Shown: one piece after another, positions 50,558 to 57,891 of the stretch
Layout: every line of letters begins with the position of its first letter
How positions within the stretch are numbered: position 1 is the first letter of the stretch
From: Elusimicrobiota bacterium
GTDB lineage: Bacteria > Elusimicrobiota > Elusimicrobia > F11
DNA: 64,000 nucleotides
Direction: 5' to 3'
Assembly (NCBI GenBank): GCA_044221725.1
Contig: JBGAON010000004.1
Span: forward strand, 221,019-285,018
Position numbers and translations under genes: made by a program
Notes under the pieces: generated by a model
What the model saw: only the letters and a program-made list of their open reading frames with translations
The model's database searches: none
Told to the model about the DNA's origin: nothing

Positions 50558-51501
50558 TGAAGACACTTTTTTTCGGTACTCCCCAAATCGCTGTTCCGTA
50601 TCTCGACTGGCTTAGCCAACACACCACCGTGGTCGGCGTCGTGTGCCGACCCGATGAGCCCGTCGGTCGCGGTTACAAGATAACGGCTCCTCCCACAAAA
50701 GTTTTTGCTGAAACCAAAAAAATTCCTGTTTACCAACCCGCGGGACCGTGGACCGAACAGACGGCCCAAGCCTTCAAAAGCCTCAACGCCGACCTTGGGA
50801 TCGTGATTGCGTACGGACGAATCCTGCCTCGAACCATCTTCATGGCGCCGAAGCTTGGCTGCATCAATATCCATTTTTCGTTGCTTCCGAAATTTCGGGG
50901 CGCGGCGCCGATGCAATGGGCGCTCATCAACGGAGAGTCCAAAACCGGCGTAAGCGCATTTTGGCTGGAAGAAGGAATGGATTCGGGCCCGGTCTTCCAT
51001 CAGGCGGAGACGCCGATTTTGGCGGACGACAACGCCACGTCGCTTCGAGAAAAACTGGTTCCGCTCGGTATTTCGGTGCTCGAGCGCGTGGTGCGCGATG
51101 TGGAGGCCAGGAACATCCTGCGTCACGCGCAACAAGGAGAGCCCACGTACGCACCGCTGCTTAAGAAGGAACACGGTCGGATCAACTGGGCTTTGCCGGC
51201 GGCGACCATTGTTAACCTTGTGCGCGGCGTCTGCGAATGGCCCGGCGCCACTACGACATTTAGCGTCGACAAAGGCGCTCCGCGTCAACTGAAGATTCTT
51301 GGGTGTGCGGAGTTTGCTCACCGAAAAAATTCCGCAGCGCCCGGCACCGTTTCAGATTTCATAAAAGACAAAGGCATTGTCGTGTCGGCGGGCGACGGGC
51401 TCGTGCTGGTCCGGAACGTTCAACCCGAGGGGAAAAAGGCGATGCCGGCGAGCGCATTCTGGCAAGGCGCGCATTTAAAGATTGGAGACAAACTTGGATA
51501 A
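50554..51501 (+). CDS. fmt: methionyl-tRNA formyltransferase
   Basis: Contains INIHFSLLPKFRGAAPMQWALINGE. Confidence 0.95.
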   Translation: MMKTLFFGTPQIAVPYLDWLSQHTTVVGVVCRPDEPVGRGYKITAPPTKVFAETKKIPVYQPAGPWTEQTAQAFKSLNADLGIVIAYGRILPRTIFMAPKLGCINIHFSLLPKFRGAAPMQWALINGESKTGVSAFWLEEGMDSGPVFHQAETPILADDNATSLREKLVPLGISVLERVVRDVEARNILRHAQQGEPTYAPLLKKEHGRINWALPAATIVNLVRGVCEWPGATTTFSVDKGAPRQLKILGCAEFAHRKNSAAPGTVSDFIKDKGIVVSAGDGLVLVRNVQPEGKKAMPASAFWQGAHLKIGDKLG

Positions 51502-51526
51502 AAAGAAATCATTGCTCGAAACGCCA

Positions 51527-52534
51527 ATGGCGGAATGGCCGACGCTCATTGCCGAGCTCGGCGAGCCACCGTTTCGCGCCGGACAGTTGGCGGAATGGAT
51601 CTTTAAGAAGCGGGCGAAAAGCTTTGCGCAAATGTCCACGTTGCCGGCGTCGCTGCGCGAGAAATTGGCGGCGACCTACGCGCTGCGCACGCTCGAACTC
51701 AATAACGCAAACACATCGAAAGGCGATGGCACCACGCGTTACTTCTTTAACACGCAAGATGGCCAGCAATTCTCCTGCGTGTATCTTCCGTTTGAAGAGC
51801 GACGATCACTTTGTATTTCAACGCAAGTGGGTTGCGCGTGGGGCTGCGTGTTTTGCGCGTCCGGTCGCGTTCCCTTCGAGCGAAATCTCACGGCCGCTGA
51901 GATTGTTGATCAGATTCTCATCGTTGAAGAAGCGTCCGGAAAAAAATTGGACAGCTTGTTGTTCATGGGCATGGGCGAGCCGCTCGCGAATTACCGGTCG
52001 CTCGTTGATGCGCTCCATTTAATTCGATCCCCGCTCGCGCTCGGTTTCGGCGCGCGGCACGTTACCGTGTCCACGTGCGGTCTTGTGCCGCAGATCGAGA
52101 AGCTCGCCGAGGAAGCACCCAAAGTGAATCTCGCGATTTCGCTGCATGCCTCGAACGACGAGCTGCGCAAAACGCTTCTGCCCAAATCATCGAAATGGAC
52201 GATTCGCGAGCTCATGAACGCTGCTAAAATTTATTCTAAAAAGACCAGGTCGCGCGTCACGTTTGAGTATATTGTGCTCGATGGCGTAAACGATTCCGAA
52301 CAAGACGCCAAGCGACTCGCAAATCTTGTGCGCGGACCCGCGCAATATGGCGACTATTGGGTCAATTTGATTGCATACAATCCGGTGCCGGGGTTGTCGT
52401 ACCGTCGTCCGGCAGACGAGCGCATCGAATCTTTTAAAGAAGTTTTGACAGCGCGGCATGTGCCGGTGCGGTTGCGCAAACCACAGGGCGTTGATATCGG
52501 CGCCGGTTGCGGACAATTGGGAGAAGCACACTAA
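51527..52534 (+). CDS. rlmN: 23S rRNA/tRNA (adenine-C2)-methyltransferase RlmN (radical SAM)
   Basis: Contains CAWGCVFCASG (CxxxCxxC). ATG 51527 is preferred over the TTG at 51482, which would overlap fmt. Confidence 0.9.
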   Translation: MAEWPTLIAELGEPPFRAGQLAEWIFKKRAKSFAQMSTLPASLREKLAATYALRTLELNNANTSKGDGTTRYFFNTQDGQQFSCVYLPFEERRSLCISTQVGCAWGCVFCASGRVPFERNLTAAEIVDQILIVEEASGKKLDSLLFMGMGEPLANYRSLVDALHLIRSPLALGFGARHVTVSTCGLVPQIEKLAEEAPKVNLAISLHASNDELRKTLLPKSSKWTIRELMNAAKIYSKKTRSRVTFEYIVLDGVNDSEQDAKRLANLVRGPAQYGDYWVNLIAYNPVPGLSYRRPADERIESFKEVLTARHVPVRLRKPQGVDIGAGCGQLGEAH

Positions 52535-53544
52535 TGGATCAACCGAATATTTTTTCGACACCACCGGCGGCGCCTCCGCCTTCGGGCGGAGGCGTGGTAC
52601 GGTTTTTAAAAAAACCGTGGGTAATTGTGCTCATCGCCGTGTTCATCGTGGGTGGTGTGGTGGCGATTTCCATTAATCGCATTATGCTTGCGCTTTTGCA
52701 TTCACGGCCGGAGGTCGTGGTTCCGAAACTCGAAGGACGAAGTCTTACCGAAGCGTTGGCGATCGTCTCTCCCATGGATCTGTCGATCCAACAAGAAGGA
52801 ACCGATTTCGATGAAGGTTTGCCGGCGGGTACCATTCTTAGGCAAACACCGCCCTCCGGCATGCAAGTGCGTGCGGGCCGATCAATTCGTGTGGTCATCT
52901 CGAAAGGTGGACAGGTCGTGTTTGTTCCGAGCGTGATCGGAAAATTGCTGGCCGAAGCTCAGAGCATGCTTGCGACTGACGGAATCCAGATGGGCGCTGT
53001 GTCCGAATCCTATTCGACTGATTTCGCGAAAAACACCGTTCTTTCGCAGTCGCCGAGTTCGGGCACCGTTGTCACGCGCGGTGCGTTTGTCGACGTTGAG
53101 GTTTCGAAAGGCGCCCCTCCGGTGGGGCTGCCGCTCGTGCCTGATTTTATCGGGAAAACGGTGGAAGCCGCGCGCGACTGGGCGGGTGGCGTGAACGCCA
53201 GCGTGAAAGTAAAAGAGGATCCGAACGCCGTTGGTGCGTCGGGCTCGATCGTGAAACAAGATCCGCCAGCGGGTCAACCGTTGCTCGAAGATCAGGATAT
53301 TTTGGTGACCGTGGTGCCGATGACCGGCGGACTGAAATCTCGCTTCAGCTATCAAGTGCCGGCGGATCAGGGCGAAGTAACGGTGCGCATTATGGCGCGT
53401 AACAATCAGGGCGAAACGAAAATTTACGAAGGAAAACACAAAGGCGGTTCCGTTGTTGAAGTGCCCGCTTACGTGAAAACCACAACGCGCTTTCGAATTT
53501 ACTTGAACGACGTTCTTAAAGATGAAAAGGTCATGGAGCCGTGA
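52534..53544 (+). CDS. membrane-anchored protein with three PASTA domains
   Basis: ATG 52534 overlaps the rlmN stop (TAATG). One TM, then three repeats of the V(V/F)VP...G......A.......(L/G) PASTA type, then a C-terminal beta-rich part. Confidence 0.8.
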   Translation: MDQPNIFSTPPAAPPPSGGGVVRFLKKPWVIVLIAVFIVGGVVAISINRIMLALLHSRPEVVVPKLEGRSLTEALAIVSPMDLSIQQEGTDFDEGLPAGTILRQTPPSGMQVRAGRSIRVVISKGGQVVFVPSVIGKLLAEAQSMLATDGIQMGAVSESYSTDFAKNTVLSQSPSSGTVVTRGAFVDVEVSKGAPPVGLPLVPDFIGKTVEAARDWAGGVNASVKVKEDPNAVGASGSIVKQDPPAGQPLLEDQDILVTVVPMTGGLKSRFSYQVPADQGEVTVRIMARNNQGETKIYEGKHKGGSVVEVPAYVKTTTRFRIYLNDVLKDEKVMEP

Positions 53545-54194
53545 GTATTATTCTTTCGCCGTCCATCCTGTCGGCCGATTTTGCGCGTCTTGCCGATGAA
53601 GCGAAACTCATGGAAACCGCGGGTGCCGATTGGCTGCACGTGGACGTGATGGACGGTCACTTTGTTCCAAATTTGACGATTGGCCCGGTCGTTGTGAAGT
53701 CGCTTAAGAAATACACCACGCTTCCACTCGATGTGCACTTGATGATCACCGATCCTCTGAAATACGGGGAGCCGTTTGCAAAAGCGGGCGCCACTGGCAT
53801 GACATTTCACTATGAGGCAGTCGACGACGTTGCGCGCGTGATTGTGGAATTCAAAAAGCTCGGCGTGAAACCCGGAATCTCAATCAAACCAAAGACGCCG
53901 GCGTCGGTGGTGTTTCCGTTTTTGAAAGATTTGCACCTTGTGCTCGTTATGACCGTTGAGCCCGGATTTGGGGGGCAGTCGTTCATGGCCGATATGCTGC
54001 CAAAGATTCGCGAGCTTTCCGCCGAGATCAAACGGCAAAACGCTACTTGCATTGTTGAAGTGGATGGGGGGATTGATCCGAAGACTGGTGCGGAATGCGT
54101 CGCGGCGGGAGCGACGATGCTCGTGGCAGGAAACTCTATTTTCAGTGCGGCCGACCCGAAGAAGATGGTCGGACAGTTAAAAGCTATCGGCTAA
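53541..54194 (+). CDS. rpe: ribulose-phosphate 3-epimerase
   Basis: Contains SILSADFARL, HVDVMDGHFVPN, MTVEPGFGGQ and VDGGI. Confidence 0.95.
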   Translation: MSIILSPSILSADFARLADEAKLMETAGADWLHVDVMDGHFVPNLTIGPVVVKSLKKYTTLPLDVHLMITDPLKYGEPFAKAGATGMTFHYEAVDDVARVIVEFKKLGVKPGISIKPKTPASVVFPFLKDLHLVLVMTVEPGFGGQSFMADMLPKIRELSAEIKRQNATCIVEVDGGIDPKTGAECVAAGATMLVAGNSIFSAADPKKMVGQLKAIG

Positions 54195-54432
54195 GAATAG
54201 CGACGGGCTTTCCTTCTTTGCCGTCGTCAATAACAAAATCCAATCCGGAAACCACGGGGAACAATTTCCCCGCTACCAAAAGATGCGCCCACGTGGGCGC
54301 GCAGCCTGTCAGCTGCACATGCTTGCCCTTGTAGGAATCAATATTGAGCGCCGAAACTTTCTGTTGGAAGCTCGCCAGTTCCGCTTTGCCGGACGCGATA
54401 TCGTTGAGATCCAACGTAATTTTTTCGCTCAT
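54184..54432 (-). CDS. small (82-aa) hypothetical protein, possibly with a Csx3-like fold
   Basis: ATG 54432 overlaps the upstream HesB/IscA stop (ATGA). The segment VQLTGCAPTWAHLLVAGKL..VIDDGKEGKPVAI loosely resembles the Csx3 core as I remember it. Function unverified. Confidence 0.55.
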   Translation of the reverse strand: MSEKITLDLNDIASGKAELASFQQKVSALNIDSYKGKHVQLTGCAPTWAHLLVAGKLFPVVSGLDFVIDDGKEGKPVAILSR

Positions 54433-54761
54433 ACGGTAAAGGATTGCCCGCACGAACATTCGGCGACGGCTTGCGGATTTTTGATTTTGAAACCGGATCC
54501 CATCAGCGAAGAAACATAATCCAACTCGGATCCCGCCATATATAGAAGGCCTTTTGAATCCAAGTAAACCTTCAGTCCGTGCTGTTCGACGACGTTGTCG
54601 CTCTTTTGCGGAGCATCCCAGTCCGGCTCAATCTTGTATTCCATGCCCGAGCATCCGCCGGAAATCACTCGGATGCGCAGCGCGCCTCCGGGTTTGCCGG
54701 TTTTCTCGAGCAGTTGTTTCGCCTTGGCGACCGCTCGTTCGGTTAATGTTAAGTATGTCAT
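54429..54761 (-). CDS. HesB/IscA-family iron-sulfur cluster insertion protein
   Basis: Contains ISGGCSGMEY and a C-terminal CSCGQSF. Confidence 0.9.
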   Translation of the reverse strand: MTYLTLTERAVAKAKQLLEKTGKPGGALRIRVISGGCSGMEYKIEPDWDAPQKSDNVVEQHGLKVYLDSKGLLYMAGSELDYVSSLMGSGFKIKNPQAVAECSCGQSFTV

Positions 54762-54768
54762 TTGCTAG

Positions 54769-54803
54769 TTCGTCGCCCTACCAGGATGACGCCAAAATGC
54801 GTC
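54769..54803. repeat. solo/minimal copy of the atp-type element, plus an adjacent hairpin
   Basis: TTCGTCGCCCT-A-CCAGGATGACG equals the two 11-nt termini of copy 5 joined together. It is followed by GACGC-CAAAAT-GCGTC. Confidence 0.7.
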
Positions 54804-55128
54804 AGGCCTCGAAGGAATTGCCGCAGCCGCAGGATTTTTTGGCGTTTGGATTTTGGATCGCGAATCCTTCCGATCCGAAATCTTCTTTGTAGTCGATCGT
54901 CGATCCGCCGATGAGTTTGCTGGTGTTCGGATCGATCACCAATTTAAAACCCTCGTATGCTTGTTCCGTATCGTCAAACTTACCGTCGTCGAATTTAAAA
55001 CCGTAGGAATAACCGGAACAACCACCCGCTTCAACGAACACGCGGAGAGGTTTGCCAGCCAGCGACTGGTCCTGCGCATAGAATTCTTTAATTTTGGTAA
55101 TGGCCCGGTCTGTTAACGTAACATTCAT
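54802..55128 (-). CDS. HesB/IscA/ErpA-family iron-sulfur cluster insertion protein (second paralog)
   Basis: Contains EAGGCSGYSY and a C-terminal CGCGNSF. Confidence 0.9.
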   Translation of the reverse strand: MNVTLTDRAITKIKEFYAQDQSLAGKPLRVFVEAGGCSGYSYGFKFDDGKFDDTEQAYEGFKLVIDPNTSKLIGGSTIDYKEDFGSEGFAIQNPNAKKSCGCGNSFEA

Positions 55129-55508
55129 CTTTATCTCCTTAATTCCTTGGTCCTTTCGAATCGGATCTCCGACGGAAAATCGGTTGTATTGTACCTAAAA
55201 TAAGAACAGGGTCACGTAGCGAAGGTTTCCGTGTTGCGGCTCTTCGGAACGTGACCCTGTCCTCGTGTGGTCGCGGTAGGTCTATGCCCCCGACGGACGA
55301 CACTTTAAAGATGGGAGGATGTGGGGGATTTTAATTGTTGGTGACCCACGCTCGGTTAGGGTGACCTCGCCCAGCAATCCTCCCAAAATTTTCACTTGGA
55401 CTGCTTTGTAAAAGATCGTCGGTACTGATACGCCAGAGTAGGGCCGCCCGACGGAGAAGTCAAGTGAATTTCCAGTGACAAAGAAGAGAATGCGATTTGA
55501 GGCGAGAA

Positions 55509-55546
55509 CACGGAGTGACTTGGAATGTAACTTCGGTCACTCCGTG
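55509..55546 (-). terminator. probable trxB terminator hairpin
   Basis: 11-bp stem CACGGAGTGAC/GTCACTCCGTG about 20 nt after the trxB stop. The trailing sequence TTCTCGCCTC is only weakly T-rich. Confidence 0.45.
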
Positions 55547-55565
55547 CAGAATTTCGCGGAAAGAA

Positions 55566-56486
55566 TTAGTGGCCGAGCGATTCCAAGTAGCGTTCCGCGC
55601 TGATCGCTGCGGCGCAGCCAGAACCCGCTGCCGTGATGGCCTGACGGAACGTGCGGTCCACAACATCGCCGCACGCGAAAACGCCAGGGATATTTGTTTC
55701 TGTCTTGTCGTTCGTCGTGATGTATCCCTCGTTGTCGGTGTTGATCACGTCTTTAAACAACGCAGAATTGGGGATGTGACCGATGGCCAGAAACAAGCCG
55801 TCCACTTTCAGTTCGGAATGGTCGCCTGTGCGCGTGTCCTTTAATTTTAATCCGGCCACTTTCCCGTTACCGAGCACTTCTTCGATGGTTTTGTTGAGAG
55901 CCCATTGAATTTTCGGATTTTTGCGAGCCCGGTCTTCCATAATTTTGGAGGCGCGGAATTCCTCGCGGCGATGCACAACGGTCACCTTGTTGGCGAAGCG
56001 GGTTAGAAACTGTGCTTCTTCCATGGCCGAGTCTCCCCCGCCAATGACCGCGACTTCTTTGCCTTTATAAAAGGCTCCGTCGCAGGTGGCGCAGCTGGTC
56101 ACGCCTTTGCCCCACAATCTTTTTTCGGACTCAATGCCCAGTTTCCGCGGGCCCGCGCCCGTGGAGATGATGATCGCTCCCGCTTCTACGGTCGTGTCTT
56201 CGTAGGTGACTTTAAACGGATGTTTTGTGAGATCGACTTGGCTGACGTCTTTGTAAAGAATGTCGGCTCCAAACCGTTCCGCCTGTTTGCGCATGTTGTC
56301 CATAAGGTCGGGACCCAAGACGCCTTCGGGAAATCCCGGGAAATTCTCAACCTCGGTGGTGGTCATGAGCTGCCCGCCGGCAGCGTATCCAGCAAGCACA
56401 AGCGGCTTTAAATTCGCGCGGCCCGTGTAAATCGCCGCTGTGTAACCGGCCGGTCCGCCTCCAATGATGACGACTTTTCGATCCAT
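55566..56486 (-). CDS. trxB: thioredoxin-disulfide reductase
   Basis: Contains GGGPAGYTAAIY, the redox-active CATCDG, and GGGDSAMEEA. Confidence 0.97.
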   Translation of the reverse strand: MDRKVVIIGGGPAGYTAAIYTGRANLKPLVLAGYAAGGQLMTTTEVENFPGFPEGVLGPDLMDNMRKQAERFGADILYKDVSQVDLTKHPFKVTYEDTTVEAGAIIISTGAGPRKLGIESEKRLWGKGVTSCATCDGAFYKGKEVAVIGGGDSAMEEAQFLTRFANKVTVVHRREEFRASKIMEDRARKNPKIQWALNKTIEEVLGNGKVAGLKLKDTRTGDHSELKVDGLFLAIGHIPNSALFKDVINTDNEGYITTNDKTETNIPGVFACGDVVDRTFRQAITAAGSGCAAAISAERYLESLGH

Positions 56487-56589
56487 AAAATTCTCCCTTG
56501 TTGAACATGAAACACATGTCGGTAAGTTTTGGTTCCGCGAGGGGAACCTGGGGGCGGCATCCTACAAGTTTTCTGGCATAATTCGCCCC

Positions 56590-57891
56590 ATGAAAAATGC
56601 GCCTCATCTGACGCGCCCTGTTTGGGCTTGGGCCATGTACGATTTTGCGAACTCGGCGTTCGCCACGTCGGTTCTTTCGGTCATCTTCAGTGTTTATTTC
56701 GCGAATGTGCTTGTGCCGCACGAAGGGATTTTGGTGGGGCCATGGCGAATTCCTGGCGAATCGTTGTGGGGATATTTGATTTCGTTTGTCATGTTCTTCG
56801 TGATTGTGCTCTCTCCCACGCTCGGTGCGCTGGCCGATCAACAGCTTTTGAAACGGTTCCTCCTATTATTATGGGCGACAGTGGGGGCTTTTTGCACCAT
56901 GGGACTCGTGTGGGCGGCGCCCGGTCGTTTGGCGCTAACAATGGCGCTTGTCTTTTTTGCGGTGCTCGGATTTGAAATGAGTCTCGTGTTCTACAACGCG
57001 TTCCTGAAAGATATTGTGTCCGACGAAGCGGCCGGGCGTGTGTCGGGTTTGGGATTTGCACTGGGGTACATTGGTGGCGGGTTGTGTCTCGCGCTAAATA
57101 TGGTGATGCTAAACCGACCCGAGATGTTTGGGTTTTCCGGCACGGACAAAACGCTGCCGGTGCGCGTCGGAATGATGGTCGTCGGGGGCTGGTGGTTCCT
57201 GTTCTCGATCCCAATATTTTTGTGGGTGAAAGATGCCGGCCATCGGACCGCGAGTCGATATAAACTCAACACCACATTACGGCAACTGAAAGAAACCTTT
57301 CGCTCGATGCTGAGCAACCGGCCCCTGGCCCGCTTTTTGCTCGCGTTTGTTATTTATGACGATGGTGTGCAGACGGTCATCCTCATGGCATCGATCTTCG
57401 GTGCGAAGGCGCTTGGCATGTCGACCGGCCAACTAGCGCTTTGTTTCCTCATGATTCAATTCGTGGCGTTTATCGGGGCGCTTGTTTGCGGACGATTGGC
57501 CGACAGTTGGAGTCACAAGAAAGTAATTCTCATTACACTCGCGATTTATGTTGGCGTGATCTGCTGGGGCGTATTTATGACGAAGATTTATGAGTTCTGG
57601 ATTCTTGGCGCGGTCGTCGGTCTCGTCTTGGGAGGAACCCAGGCGGCGTCGCGATCCTTGTTCGCGCTGATGATTCCAGCGGACAAATCGAGTGAATATT
57701 TCGCGCTATTTTCGATTATTGGTAAAGCGGGTTCTTTTCTCGGGCCGCTGGTTTTCGGTGTGGTGTCCCAATTCTTTGGCCTGCGCGTGGGCGTGGGTTC
57801 CCTTATGATCTTTTTTCTCGTCGGTGGAGGAATTCTCTTCGGTGTTATAGAATCTCCGTCTTCCTATGGAAACAAACCCAAACATGTTTGA
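56590..57891 (+). CDS. MFS transporter, UMF1/Atg22-like family
   Basis: Internal ATG 56590. The N-terminus is VWAWAMYDFANSAFATSVLSVIF, typical of the family. About 12 TM helices. Confidence 0.85.
   Translation: MKNAPHLTRPVWAWAMYDFANSAFATSVLSVIFSVYFANVLVPHEGILVGPWRIPGESLWGYLISFVMFFVIVLSPTLGALADQQLLKRFLLLLWATVGAFCTMGLVWAAPGRLALTMALVFFAVLGFEMSLVFYNAFLKDIVSDEAAGRVSGLGFALGYIGGGLCLALNMVMLNRPEMFGFSGTDKTLPVRVGMMVVGGWWFLFSIPIFLWVKDAGHRTASRYKLNTTLRQLKETFRSMLSNRPLARFLLAFVIYDDGVQTVILMASIFGAKALGMSTGQLALCFLMIQFVAFIGALVCGRLADSWSHKKVILITLAIYVGVICWGVFMTKIYEFWILGAVVGLVLGGTQAASRSLFALMIPADKSSEYFALFSIIGKAGSFLGPLVFGVVSQFFGLRVGVGSLMIFFLVGGGILFGVIESPSSYGNKPKHV

Noticed and set aside
50395-51321. 308-aa minus-strand ORF
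   Set aside because: It is antisense to fmt, with an R-rich nonsense-like translation.
55129-55565. tmRNA, RNase P RNA, SRP RNA or 6S RNA in the long gap
   Set aside because: I found none of the conserved boxes I know (GAGGAAAGTCC, GGAAGCAGCC, a tRNA-like 3' end with a tag ORF). The region is left as an unassigned structured region.
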